64,000 bases of DNA from Tidjanibacter sp. (GCA_034102025.1 JAXEIN010000013.1:75300-139299); one strand, 5' to 3'; shown: positions 7,412-18,300, counted from the first letter of the stretch. The notes: generated by a model from the sequence alone, not told the origin. Numbers and translations are program-made.

Positions 7412-8377
7412 ATGACAATGAACAAAAAATTCGATATTGCGGCCATAGGTGAACTGAATGTCGACCTTATCTTGAACCAAATCGAGTCGGAACCCGAAAT
7501 CGGAAAGGAGAAATTTGCAAAAGAGATGTTGCTCACGCTCGGCAGCTCGACTGCCATATTTGCAGCCAACGCATCGGCACTCGGCTCGAAAGTCTGTTTC
7601 GTTGGTATGATAGGGCACGACGCATTCGGCTCATTGGTGCGCTCGTCACTCGAAGAGAAGGGCGTCGGTACCGATTATCTTATTGAAAATAAAAATGTTG
7701 CCACCGGCGCAACAATCGTAATGAACTACGGCGAAGACCGCGCCAATCTGACCTATCAAGGTGCAATGGACGTTATGGGCTTCGACGACATTGCGCCCGA
7801 AGTCTTCGACAACGCACGCCACGTACACCTCTCGTCGTTATTTATGCAGTCGGCGCTTTTGGCCGACATTGACCGCGTACTGCTCAGCGCCGCCCAAAAG
7901 GGTGTAACCGTATCGCTCGATACTCAGTGGGACCCGGCCGAAAAGTGGGAGTTGAACTATCGCGAGGTCTTGCCGCAGGTGACGTTGTTTATGCCAAACG
8001 AGAAAGAGTTGATGGCGCTGACCCGCCGCAGCGACGTCGAGAGCGCCATTGCGGAGGTATTGCCCTTTCTTGGCAAGGCAATGGTGGTCAAATGCGGCTC
8101 GCGCGGCTCGTTATTGGTCACCAAAGAGGGCAAGCAATCTATGTTGCCGGCTTTTCTGAACCGCAACGTGGTCGATGCAATTGGTGCCGGCGACAGCTTC
8201 AACTCAGGCTTCATCAGTGCATTTGTAGCCGGTCGGCCGCTCGAAGAGTGCCAACTGATTGGCAACCTGACCGGTGCAATCAACACAACCGCTGCCGGAG
8301 GCACAGGTGCATTCACCTCGATAGACGAGATACGCGCCAAGGCCGAAAGCCGTTTCGGACTGAAACTTAACTTGTAA
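7412..8377 (+). CDS. PfkB-family carbohydrate/sugar-phosphate kinase
   Basis: 321 aa. It has N-terminal AAIGELNVDL and the C-terminal PfkB signature VVDAIGAGDSFNSGF. Confidence 0.8.
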   Translation: MTMNKKFDIAAIGELNVDLILNQIESEPEIGKEKFAKEMLLTLGSSTAIFAANASALGSKVCFVGMIGHDAFGSLVRSSLEEKGVGTDYLIENKNVATGATIVMNYGEDRANLTYQGAMDVMGFDDIAPEVFDNARHVHLSSLFMQSALLADIDRVLLSAAQKGVTVSLDTQWDPAEKWELNYREVLPQVTLFMPNEKELMALTRRSDVESAIAEVLPFLGKAMVVKCGSRGSLLVTKEGKQSMLPAFLNRNVVDAIGAGDSFNSGFISAFVAGRPLEECQLIGNLTGAINTTAAGGTGAFTSIDEIRAKAESRFGLKLNL

Positions 8378-8389
8378 AAACACAATAAA

Positions 8390-9490
8390 ATGGTCAAAAC
8401 ATCTATCGCTATTGCCGCCGCGCTCGTACTTTTGTCGGGCTGCGCGCCACGCACAGCAAATCAAGAGGTTTCGAACGACGTTCAGGAGCTTCGGTTGAAA
8501 GACTACGCTCCAACCTCAATCTTCAATATTCCGGTTACGGAGGTTCCGCAGGCAAAGTATCCGGTCATCGATATGCACTCGCACGACTATGCCTCAACCC
8601 CCGGGGAGGTGGCTGCGTGGGTAGCTACTTTGGACGCTTGCAACATAGATTTGGTCAACGTGATGCACTGCGAATGGATTGGAGCGCCGTTCGATGAAAT
8701 GGTCGAACGCTACGGCGCCTATCCCGACCGCTTTGCCATCTGGTGCTCGCTGGACTATACCGATTTCGACAAAGAGGATTGGTCGGAGCGCGCCATTGCC
8801 CGGCTTGAAGAGCTGCACTCGAAAGGCGCCGTCGGCATTGGCGAAATGGTCGACAAAGGACTGGGCGACACCTATGCCCGTCCGGTTTCGGGACTTGGAA
8901 TCCACATCGACGACCCCAAACTGCAACCTGTGCTCAAACGTGCCGGCGAACTGGGTATGCCTGTCAACATTCACTTGGCCGAACCCATCTGGATGTACGA
9001 AGAGCTGAACAACCACAACGACGGCTTGATGAACGGCGCCAACTGGAAGGTCGACACCACTATTGAAGGGTGTTATGATTACAACGAGATAATGGCGGCA
9101 TTCGAACGCGCCGTGGCAGCGAACCCAAACACCACATTTATTGCCTGCCACTATATGAATATGACCAACGACTACCCTCGACTTGGTGCTCTGTTGGACA
9201 AATACAACAACCTCTACGTCGATATAGGCGCACGCATTGGCGAATCGGCCGTCATTCCGAGGGCTTCGCGCCGCTTCATTATGAAATACGCCGACCGAGT
9301 GCTCTACGGCACCGATAACGGTATGTCGCCCGATATGTATCGTTTCACGTTCCGCATTCTCGAAACCGACGACGAACACATCTACCAACCCGATTTCGGT
9401 TACCATTGGTCATACAGCGGATTCTATCTGCCCAATGATGTTCTACACAAAATTTATCGCGATAACGCACTTAAAATTATTAAACGATGA
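8390..9490 (+). CDS. Lipoprotein, amidohydrolase-superfamily (TIM-barrel metal hydrolase)
   Basis: 366 aa with lipobox LVLLSGC. It has the IDMHSHDY (HxH) motif, with later IACHY and LYGTDN blocks. Confidence 0.6.
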   Translation: MVKTSIAIAAALVLLSGCAPRTANQEVSNDVQELRLKDYAPTSIFNIPVTEVPQAKYPVIDMHSHDYASTPGEVAAWVATLDACNIDLVNVMHCEWIGAPFDEMVERYGAYPDRFAIWCSLDYTDFDKEDWSERAIARLEELHSKGAVGIGEMVDKGLGDTYARPVSGLGIHIDDPKLQPVLKRAGELGMPVNIHLAEPIWMYEELNNHNDGLMNGANWKVDTTIEGCYDYNEIMAAFERAVAANPNTTFIACHYMNMTNDYPRLGALLDKYNNLYVDIGARIGESAVIPRASRRFIMKYADRVLYGTDNGMSPDMYRFTFRILETDDEHIYQPDFGYHWSYSGFYLPNDVLHKIYRDNALKIIKR

Positions 9491-11517
9491 AAACCCGTAA
9501 ACTCAACGCACTGCCAATTGTTATATTGTTGTTGACGAGTTGCAACAACGGAGCAAAAATTTCGAACGGCTCCATTACACTCCAATATAACGACCAAATG
9601 GAGATTAGGGTAACATCGAACAACCCTTCGACCAAACCCTATTGCACATCGTTTGCCCCCGCCGACGCTCTTATAGCCGACGAAACCGTAATCGACAGTT
9701 GGCGTCTGAGGGCAACCGACCGCAGCAACCAAACCAAAGGCACGACCTACACCCTTCGCGGAGATTACAATCGCGACGGCTACAATCTTGAAAAGATTCA
9801 AACCGTAACCGCACCCGAAGGTTTCGACGGAATGCTGCTCATCGAAACCAAATATGTCAACAGTGGCGATAAGGCATTACTGGTCAAGGCCGTAGAATCC
9901 AATAAACTCTGCGTCGAATCCGACCAAACCATTTGGTCGTTCCAACCCTCATCGACCTCTTCGCGCAAGGACTGGGTACTTCCGGTCGACGAAGGGTTCT
10001 CGCAGCGCAATTTTTTGGGAATGAACAACTGCGACTACGGTGGCGGCATTCCAATGGTAACACTGTGGAGGCGCGACGGAGGCATCTCGACCGGTGTTGT
10101 CGAACCGGTTTTGAAACTCGTATCGATGCCGGTCGAAAGAGTTCGCTACGGCAATGGCGCGACAATGGCTTTGCGACACGACTACAACGAGGGCATTGAG
10201 TTTGCAAAAGGCGACACGATTGCCACCGAGCGCCAGTTCATATCGGTCAGCACAGGCGACTTCTACAATCCGCTCGAACAGTTCGCACAATATATGGAGT
10301 CCTACGAGGGCTTCGTGCCGAGCAGTTCGGAACCCGAGGCCTTTGAGCCGGTTTGGTGCGCTTGGGGCTACGAACGCAGTTTTACGATCGACGAGGTATT
10401 GGGCACACTGCCTAAGGTCAAAGAGTTGGGCTTCACGTGGGTCGACGTCGACGACGGCTACCAGGTGGCCGAAGGCGACTGGAACACCAACAACCGCTTC
10501 AAGGGCGACAGAGATATGCGCCGACTGACCAACGCTATTCACTCCTATGGTATGAAGGCCAAAATATGGTGGGCACCTATGGCCGCCGATCCGGGCAGCA
10601 GGGTTTTGCGCGAACACCCCGAGACGATGCTGATGACCAAAGAGTGGGTGCCCGAGTATATTTCCTACTGGGACAGTTACTACCTCTCGCCCGTGAACGA
10701 CGCCACACGCGCCTATACCCTATCGGAAGTCGACCGTTTCATCGGCCGCTGGGGTTTCGACGGACTGAAATTGGACGGGCAGCATCTGAATCTCTGCGAA
10801 CCCGACTACAACGACGCGAGCGGACTGGACTACCCCGAACAGGCAGTCGAACAGTTCCCGACCTTCTTCAAAGCAATCTATGACCGCGCACGCGAGCTAA
10901 AACCCTACGCCGTGGTTCAACTCTGCCCTTGCGGTTGCGCAATCAACTTCTTCAATATTCCATATATGAATCAGGCCGTTGCTTCCGACCCCACGTCGAG
11001 CGCCCAGATTCGTATGAAATGCAAGACCTACAAGGCCATTAACCAGAAGTTGGCCTACTACGCCGACCACGTTGAGTTGAGCGACAATGGTATGGATTTC
11101 GCTACACAAATAGGCATCGGCGGCGTCATAGGTTCTAAGTTCACTTGGCCGAAAAACAACCCAAATGTCAAGGCCGACTATCTTCTGACCCCCGAAAAAG
11201 AGGTGATATATAAGAAATGGGTAGGATTATACAAAGAAAAGATGCTCTCCAAAGGCGAGTATCTCAACCTCTACGACATAGGATTCGACGCTCCCGAGGC
11301 ACACGTCATAGCCAAAGAGGGCAAAATGTATTATGCCTTCTACGCCGAGCAGTGGAACGGCTCTCCGATTGAGTTGCGCGGACTCGATGCCACAAAGAGT
11401 TATACGGTCAGAGAGTACACCTCCGACACGCCCAAGAGTTTCAACATCGACGGCAAAAAACCGCTCATCACGCCCACCTTTACGGACAACTATCTGATAG
11501 AGGTTTCGGCCGACTGA
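9487..11517 (+). CDS. Lipoprotein glycoside hydrolase of clan GH-D (GH36/GH27-like alpha-galactosidase or alpha-N-acetylgalactosaminidase candidate)
   Basis: 676 aa with lipobox LLLTSC. The block WVDVDDGYQVAEGDWNTNNRF...YGMKAKIWWAPMAADPGS...GFDGLKLDG parallels the DDGW / GlW-EPE / KwD motifs of GH36/27. The ATG overlaps the upstream stop as ATGA (9487..9490). Confidence 0.6.
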   Translation: MKTRKLNALPIVILLLTSCNNGAKISNGSITLQYNDQMEIRVTSNNPSTKPYCTSFAPADALIADETVIDSWRLRATDRSNQTKGTTYTLRGDYNRDGYNLEKIQTVTAPEGFDGMLLIETKYVNSGDKALLVKAVESNKLCVESDQTIWSFQPSSTSSRKDWVLPVDEGFSQRNFLGMNNCDYGGGIPMVTLWRRDGGISTGVVEPVLKLVSMPVERVRYGNGATMALRHDYNEGIEFAKGDTIATERQFISVSTGDFYNPLEQFAQYMESYEGFVPSSSEPEAFEPVWCAWGYERSFTIDEVLGTLPKVKELGFTWVDVDDGYQVAEGDWNTNNRFKGDRDMRRLTNAIHSYGMKAKIWWAPMAADPGSRVLREHPETMLMTKEWVPEYISYWDSYYLSPVNDATRAYTLSEVDRFIGRWGFDGLKLDGQHLNLCEPDYNDASGLDYPEQAVEQFPTFFKAIYDRARELKPYAVVQLCPCGCAINFFNIPYMNQAVASDPTSSAQIRMKCKTYKAINQKLAYYADHVELSDNGMDFATQIGIGGVIGSKFTWPKNNPNVKADYLLTPEKEVIYKKWVGLYKEKMLSKGEYLNLYDIGFDAPEAHVIAKEGKMYYAFYAEQWNGSPIELRGLDATKSYTVREYTSDTPKSFNIDGKKPLITPTFTDNYLIEVSAD

Positions 11518-11550
11518 CGCGATCGGATAACTGAAACAAAACCACGAGAA

Positions 11551-11618
11551 AGAGACCAAAGTGGCCAAAGAGACCAAAGTGGCCAAAGAGGCCAAAGAGA
11601 AAAGAGAAAAGAGAAAGG
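11551..11618. repeat. Tandem array: 18-mer AGAGACCAAAGTGGCCAA x2, then degenerate GGCCAAAGAG / AAAAGAG repeats
   Basis: Units 11551-11568 and 11569-11586 are identical. Read directly. Confidence 0.85.
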
Positions 11619-11634
11619 ATAATTGTAACCGGTA

Positions 11635-11686
11635 GCAATCTATCACTTTGGCCCTTTTGGGCTCTATCGCCCCTTTGGGCCCTATA
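11635..11686 (+). repeat. Intergenic repeat core, copy B
   Basis: GCAATCTATCACTTTGGCCCTTTTGGGCTCTATCGCCCCTTTGGGCCCTATA. It aligns with copies A and C with a few substitutions. Confidence 0.85.
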
Positions 11687-11694
11687 AAACAGTA

Positions 11695-11730
11695 AAGGGA
11701 GTGTTTAACAATTTCGTTAGACACTCCCTT
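11695..11730 (-). terminator. Conserved repeat hairpin (AAGGGAGTGTTTAAC-AATTTC-GTTAGACACTCCCTT), likely intrinsic terminator of the minus-strand PUL operon
   Basis: 15-bp stem with one G-U position. On the minus strand it is followed by TTTACTGTTTTAT. It lies 31 nt beyond the stop of gene 11761..12873. Confidence 0.6.
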
Positions 11731-11760
11731 CTAAAATGCTCAATACGCTGAGCCGTTTAT

Positions 11761-12873
11761 CTAACGGCTCGTATAGGGAACCTTGCAGATAAACTCCCAG
11801 GTACCACTGTCGTAGAATGTTACCATAGAGCGGATACGCACGAACCAACCCTTTGCATCGGCATAGTCGTCGGCCGGCCAGTTGGCATTATATGGGATAG
11901 TGCCCGCCTTGTTGTCGGCTTTCAGAGAGGCCACATCGAGATTGTCGAACGAAGTGTAGGTCGCTCCCTTCCAATATGCCCTTAAACTTGTCTCAACCGG
12001 CCACGGAGTGAGCGGAAAGCTCAGAACCATACCGTCTTCGGGCGAATTGACGCGATCAACACCGTATTCGATATAACTGGTAAGCGTCGAGTAGCTCTCG
12101 TAGGTGGCAGGGTCGAAGAGATTACCGTTTTTGTCTAACAATTTGAAGTGCACCTCGATACCCTGCTCCGGAGTGTTGCTGATTTTGTGAATCGTAACGA
12201 ACTCTCTGCCGTTGTCGGCATAGACATTATCGCGTCGCTGAGCAAAATTAGAGTCATCGGAGTTGAGTTTGTCGTAATATGGGAAGGTGTTCTCGCCGGC
12301 TGCATTGGTAATGCAGATGCCGTTTATCACCTCCGAGAGTACAAACGGAGTAGATGAGGCACCCTCCTGGAAGCACAACACGGCGTAATCTTTCAGGTCA
12401 ACCGAACCGCGCGAGTTGGTCACTCTGACATCGACATTGAAGACATCGCCTGCCTTGATGCCAATCTTTGAGGTCGACTCCATCACCCTTATCTGTCCGT
12501 TCACCTCATTGATCATAATGGGAGTGAGCATTGCATCGGTCAGTTTGGCCAGCACATCTTCACTCGTACGGTCGGTCAGATAGTCGTATGGGCTTACCCA
12601 CAGACGTGTAGCGAAGCCTTGGAAAAAGCTCTCGACGCTTTTGTCGTTGCCGTCGCGCACGTTGATTATCTCGAACTTGCACGGTTGAGTCGAATTGTCG
12701 AGCCACGCCACACTTGAAGCCGCCTTTGTGCCAACAGCCACGAAGAGCGTATCTTCACCTTGCAGGTAGATTCCGTCGCCCAAATAGCCCTGATAATCGG
12801 GTGCTTTGTAGCACGAGGTGAAGCAGGCGCCAACAATGGCGGCAACAATAATGATATTCAGTATTTTTTTCAT
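11761..12873 (-). CDS. PUL-associated surface lipoprotein of unknown function (possibly DUF5007-type)
   Basis: 370 aa with signal/lipobox MKKILNIIIVAAIVGACFTSC. It is the last gene after SusC-SusD-fasciclin. The family name is from memory of similar gene orders only. Confidence 0.55.
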   Translation of the reverse strand: MKKILNIIIVAAIVGACFTSCYKAPDYQGYLGDGIYLQGEDTLFVAVGTKAASSVAWLDNSTQPCKFEIINVRDGNDKSVESFFQGFATRLWVSPYDYLTDRTSEDVLAKLTDAMLTPIMINEVNGQIRVMESTSKIGIKAGDVFNVDVRVTNSRGSVDLKDYAVLCFQEGASSTPFVLSEVINGICITNAAGENTFPYYDKLNSDDSNFAQRRDNVYADNGREFVTIHKISNTPEQGIEVHFKLLDKNGNLFDPATYESYSTLTSYIEYGVDRVNSPEDGMVLSFPLTPWPVETSLRAYWKGATYTSFDNLDVASLKADNKAGTIPYNANWPADDYADAKGWFVRIRSMVTFYDSGTWEFICKVPYTSR

Positions 12874-12901
12874 ATCAAATTCAAATTATTCTGTTGAAAG
12901 A

Positions 12902-13672
12902 TTAAACATCGTCAGACCTTGTTCCGAAGAAGAAGAGTGTGTGATAGTAGTAGTGTTCCGAGAAAGAGGTATCACCCATATAGATGATGTGGACCACACC
13001 GTTTGTGGTGCGCACATCGGAGATGTACATTCGGTATGACTGGTCGCACTCTTTGCTGTCGAGTCCCAGATTGACCCTTGTCAGATAATCGAGTTCCCAG
13101 TTTACGCCACGTTTGAAGAGTACGTGAATCAAATACGGGGTCGACATCAGAAAGTTGGAGTACTGGAATCCCGAACCGGCAACACCGCCGCCGTCGTAGG
13201 CAGCACCCGGATCGGTGTTGGTAGCATCGAGCGACAGACGAATCTCTTGCAAACCGTCGATGGAGGTCAAATAGACACCATCCTCGGGGATATTCTCGCG
13301 CCACCACTTGCCCGGATAGATATACATATTCATTTTGGCCAACTCCGCAGCGTCCATCGACTCCAAAGTAAAGGCAGGGTCGCCTTTGGCAATATAGTTC
13401 GTCGAGTTGTGACGACGCAGATAACGGTTGACGGCATATTTGGAGGGAGCAATCACGGTCACCTCTCCATTGACCGCATCTTTGAGTCCTGCCCTCTCGA
13501 AAAGTTGGGCAACAACAGCGGTCTCTTCCAACTGCGACAGATACTCGAAGGTCGTAATGTCGAGCGGTTCGGTTGAGTTGACTGTTCCTCCCTGAACATC
13601 GATTGACTCACAAGAGTAGAGTCCAAGGCACAACGTCAACGCAAGCACAACATATATTAAGGTATTTTTCAT
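12902..13672 (-). CDS. Fasciclin (FAS1)-like lipoprotein
   Basis: The track ORF extends to 13714. I prefer ATG 13672 (MKNTLIYVVLALTLCLGLYSC lipobox). FAS1-like blocks are VTVIAPSKYAVNRYL and TTNGVVHIIY. Confidence 0.6.
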   Translation of the reverse strand: MKNTLIYVVLALTLCLGLYSCESIDVQGGTVNSTEPLDITTFEYLSQLEETAVVAQLFERAGLKDAVNGEVTVIAPSKYAVNRYLRRHNSTNYIAKGDPAFTLESMDAAELAKMNMYIYPGKWWRENIPEDGVYLTSIDGLQEIRLSLDATNTDPGAAYDGGGVAGSGFQYSNFLMSTPYLIHVLFKRGVNWELDYLTRVNLGLDSKECDQSYRMYISDVRTTNGVVHIIYMGDTSFSEHYYYHTLFFFGTRSDDV

Positions 13673-13694
13673 AATAATTGTTCTAATGTTAAGA

Positions 13695-15326
13695 TTACCA
13701 ACTTGTCTTACCATTCCAATATGGTGTTTGACTGATCATTGTATTTGTAGAGAGAATTTCCGACGAAACCGGCCAGTAATAACCCTCCTGACGATATTTG
13801 GCAGCAGGCATAAGGTGGCTGTTTGGGAAAAAGTTGTTGCGGACCATATCGAAGTAGAGGTGTCCCTCGCCGAAAAGCTCGCCGAAGCGCTGGCGGAGAA
13901 CCTCTTCTATCAGCAAATCGTTCGAGCCCGAATACTTATTTAGGCCTGCTCGCTGACGAATATCGTCGACTATGGGCTTGGCCAGAGCAGCCCTGTTGTC
14001 TTTGCAATAGGCCTCGGCCAGGAGCAGCATAACATCGGTATAGCGGAATACCGGTATGTTGGCGCAGGCAAAATAGGCCACATACTCGTCCCAGTCGCGA
14101 TAGGGGTCTTCGGTAAAGATGGCATATTTTTTCAACCACGTGACCTTGGAGCGGTCGTTGGTCACACTGCCCTGAATATCGTTGACGGCATCGTTGTACT
14201 CCGAATCCCACGCACCAAAGAAGAGATTGGGACGGATATCGCCACTTTGGGTGGCAAAATCGTACTCGGGATAGAGATTGGCCTTCTGCGAGAATGGAAT
14301 GAAGTCGATCTGCGTCGAGCGATCTTTTGAAGGGTCCTCGTCGTAGGAGGTCATCTTGCAGGTAAACGAGGTAATACCGCCGCCGTCGGCACGATAAGAC
14401 TCGTTGTCGTCGGGCGAGATATTCAACTCGAATACGGCCTCGGTCGAACCGCCCTTATACATAGCCGTAACGGCACCTGCTTGTTTGTAATCGACATAGG
14501 AGTAGTTGCCGTGGTCGCGGAGGTCTTCCAAAGCGAGGATTGCAGCTTTTAGGTATTGTGACGGATTGTCCATTTTATCGCGACGTGCAAGGAAGTGCAT
14601 CCACATATTGGCGTGGCCGGCAAGAGCCTGAGCAGCCCCCTTGTTGGCATAGATTCCCCAACGCGACGACGAAGGATAGTCGAAATCGAGAGCCTCCACC
14701 GCCTTGTTGACATCTTCAATAACTTTCAGGCAGATGGCCGTATCGTCGGTACGCGGTATGAGAATGGGAGTAAGGTCGTCGTTGATAACCTGACTCGACG
14801 ACTCGATGCTCTCGCTGATGTAGGGTGCATTACCCCAAATGCGCACGATGTTGAAATAGGTCAAGGCACGCAGGAAATAGGCTTCTCCGAGAATACGTTT
14901 CTTGGCACCCGACGAAAAGACCGAATCGTCCATCGATTCGATTTTGGCAATCACCAGATTGACCTGAGCCACTACTTTATAGAAATAGCTCCAATCGCTC
15001 ATAAAGGCAACACCATTCGAGCCCCACATCTTGTTTGGGTTGGCTGTGTCGGAGTAGACACCAACAGTGTAGAGCTGTGATTCGGAACCGCCGTTGTGGC
15101 CGCGTTTAAGAAAACCCGTAGTAGCATCGGCACGCGAATACCAGTTGCGGGCGTTAACCATCAATCCGCGATAGAGTGCATAGACGCCCGACAGACCCAC
15201 TTCGGCATCGACCTGAGTCTTCCAGAACGATTCGTTGTAGATTATGTCTACCTGTTGTGGTTCAAGAAAATCTTTGCAACCGACCAACGATAGAGCAGCC
15301 AAAAGAATTATTATTGTTTTTTTCAT
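13695..15326 (-). CDS. SusD/RagB-family nutrient-binding outer-membrane lipoprotein
   Basis: 543 aa with lipobox LSLVGC. Blocks include FLRALTYFNIVRIWGNAPY and YTDVMLLLAEAY. It lies immediately downstream of SusC. Confidence 0.9.
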   Translation of the reverse strand: MKKTIIILLAALSLVGCKDFLEPQQVDIIYNESFWKTQVDAEVGLSGVYALYRGLMVNARNWYSRADATTGFLKRGHNGGSESQLYTVGVYSDTANPNKMWGSNGVAFMSDWSYFYKVVAQVNLVIAKIESMDDSVFSSGAKKRILGEAYFLRALTYFNIVRIWGNAPYISESIESSSQVINDDLTPILIPRTDDTAICLKVIEDVNKAVEALDFDYPSSSRWGIYANKGAAQALAGHANMWMHFLARRDKMDNPSQYLKAAILALEDLRDHGNYSYVDYKQAGAVTAMYKGGSTEAVFELNISPDDNESYRADGGGITSFTCKMTSYDEDPSKDRSTQIDFIPFSQKANLYPEYDFATQSGDIRPNLFFGAWDSEYNDAVNDIQGSVTNDRSKVTWLKKYAIFTEDPYRDWDEYVAYFACANIPVFRYTDVMLLLAEAYCKDNRAALAKPIVDDIRQRAGLNKYSGSNDLLIEEVLRQRFGELFGEGHLYFDMVRNNFFPNSHLMPAAKYRQEGYYWPVSSEILSTNTMISQTPYWNGKTSW

Positions 15327-15346
15327 AATTTTATCCGGTTTATCGG

Positions 15347-18300
15347 TTAGAATTGGAGTTGCACACCAAAGGTAAAGGTTTTTGATATTGGATAGCCGCT
15401 ACCATTGTAGAAACCGGTACGCGAAACCATACGCGGGTCGAGCACCTGACTGCGTTTCCACATAAACAAATTACTACCGGTGGCATAGACGTTGATTCCT
15501 CGCATATTGATAGCCTTGGTCCAACGCTGCGGCAGGTTGTACGAAATGGTAAGATTGTCGATATTCCAGTAGTCGCCCGGTTCGAGGAACATCGACGACA
15601 CGCGGAACGTACGAGCCGAGCCGCCGTCCATATAGTCGACATAAATCATAGGGTAGTAAGATCCGTCGCCCGGGGCACTCCAAAACATCGAATCGTCGAA
15701 TTTGTAGAGTGCATATTGGTAGAAATCCTGACTCGAATCGAAACGGCTCAACTGCTGTTGGAGCGTGGTATTGAATATCCAGTGTCCGAAAGCGAAAGAG
15801 CTGTTGATGCGAATCGAGAGATCTTTGTAGCGGAAGCAGGTGCTCAAACCGCCGGTAATCTTAGGTTCGGCCGACTTGTTGGCAATGATTTTGGTATCGG
15901 TCGAAGAGTAACTGCCATCGACCAGATAGTCGCCGTTGACATCGGTAAAGATTGGCATACCGGGGAATATGCGGCCTTGAAGATTGCGCCCCAGACCCGC
16001 ATCGGCATAGGTATATTTGAGAGCTTCACCCGTAAACGGATCGACGGGCAGGTCGGAATACTCGTCCAAAGCGCCGGCATATTCATACATATAGTATTGG
16101 AAGGCAGGAGCACCGACAACAAAAGCGTAATTTGAATCGGCATTGATGTAGTCGCGGCCGTTGTTGCCCATCTTTGCAATGATGGTGGTATTGTGGGCAA
16201 GGTTAAGAGTGAAATCCCATTGAACCTTACTGGTACGCGGGAAGAGGTAACCGGTCAACGACACCTCGTAACCATTGCTGACCATATCGACAAGGTTCGA
16301 CGAGAGTTGGTTGAACCCGACATATTTTGGCAGCGTCGAGCTGTAAATCATATCGGAGAGATACTTCGAATAGAGGTCGACGGTAAGGTTCAGTCTTCGG
16401 CCAAACATCTCAATGTCGGCACCGTAGTTAATCTCCTTCGAGCGGCTCCACGAAAGGTCTTTATTGGCAATCTTGTTGAAATCCGATACCAGAGCGAGTT
16501 TTGAGCCATAGGTCTTGACGTCCATCTGATTGCTACTTACCGAACCAAGTCCGCCCGAAATGGAGCTTAGAGCCAGAAGAGAGTTGTATTGCAGCAACGG
16601 GTCGTAGTAAATATCGCCCGAAGTACCATAGGAGACACGCAACTTTGCGAAGTCCAACCAACTCTTGGTTCCGGCCATAAAATCCTCCTCCGAGAAAGCC
16701 CAATGGACTTTCAACGAGGGGAAGTTGGCCCACTTGTTGTTGGCACCGAAGCGCGACGAACCATCGCGACGGAAGACGCCTTCGATTTTGTATCGATTCT
16801 CCTTGTAACCGTACGACAACATCGTAAAAAACGAAAGCATATTGCTCGTGACAATGTCGGAGTAGCCATAAGTATTCTCCTTCTTATAACCCTGAACGAC
16901 TTTAAGGTAGTCCGACATACCGTCGATAGCCTCAACGCGAAGTTGGTTCAGGGTGCTTGTGTTCAACTCGGCACCCAGCAATGCCACAAATGCGTGTTCG
17001 TCGTTTTTGCCGAACGTTGTGTTGTAGTTAATCACCGAGCTGGCATTGGTGGTTGTCGTGGCGCTCGAATAGGAGTTTGCGAGGCTGCGGCCGTCGTTGG
17101 TGGCAGTCGAGGGAATAAAATAGTCGCGTTTACCGAAGTCCAACACGCTCGAAAGCTGATTGTCGATCGAGAGGTTGTCGAGTATCTTGATTCGGAGTGT
17201 CTCGCCAATCGAGAGGTTGTGCGACTCGTTTTTGTTGTAGGCATCACCCAACTGGCCGCTGAGTTGTTTGAGTTCCTCGTCGGTACGATAGAAGAGCGAT
17301 GAGGGGAGTTCGGTCGGCGAGGTAGGCATCGCCTTCATCTGGTCGTTCAAACCGCCGCGGCGGTCGAGATACGAATAGCGCACGACCAGTTCGTTGTGGA
17401 AGTGCTTATTGATGTCGGTCACAAGGCTCGAACTGAAATTGGTACGCGAAAGGCCGTATCCGACCAACACGCCCGACTCTTCGTAACGTCCGAGGCTCAC
17501 ACGATAGGAGTTGCTGTTGTTGCCGCCCTCCATCGAGAGGTCGTAGTTTTGCGACGAACCGTTCTGATAGAACATCGACTGATAGTCGTAGGCGTTGTTG
17601 AATGCCGGGTTGTACTTGTCGGTCAAAACGGCCGGCAGAGCATAACCGAGAATTTCGAGCAATGACGACTGACGAATATCGAACCAATCCATATCGCCAT
17701 AGAGGTTGGTGAGCGTCTTTTGCAGAATGGCAATCTTGGCCTCACGCTCTTCCTGACCAACGTAGACCGCAAGTTTTGCAGGACGGGTAATAACGCCCTG
17801 ACTGATACGGGCCGTGATACGCGCGTCGCCCGACATACCTTTGCGGGTTGTGATTATAACAACACCGTTTGCACCACGCGAGCCGTAAATGGCTGTTGCA
17901 GCCGCATCTTTCAGAATGTCGATCGACTGTATGTCCTGCGGATTGAGCGAGGCCAAAAAGTCGTTATCGGTGACGTTGTAGCCCGCAATATCTTGCAACG
18001 ACATAGGAATGCCGTCGACAATATACAAAGGGTTGCTGATACCCGTAATATCGTTCGACGAGGAGAGCGACGTGTTGCCGCGGATAACTATACCGGTGTT
18101 CGATGCACCCGGCACACCGCTACGGATAACGGTTTGAAGTCCCGCAGCCTGACCCGAAAGCATTGTGGCCAAAGAGACCGACGAGTTGTTTTCGAGGGCT
18201 TTCATATCGATTTTGGCAACCGAAGCCGACACCTCGCGCATACTCTGTTTGGTATAACCAACCACAACAACATCTTCCATCTGTTGGGCATCGGTTTCAA

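Noticed and set aside
11227-11724. ORFs that read through the intergenic repeat (11227..11724 minus; 34357..34545 plus). They give similar-looking peptides MSNEIVKHSL... and MSNSVVRHSL...
   Set aside because: The similarity comes from the DNA repeat. A 1-nt indel between the copies shifts the frame after about 12 codons (GPKGAIEPKR versus RAQRGNRAQN). The starts are GTG/ATG inside the hairpin arm. Conservation is therefore at nucleotide level, not protein level.
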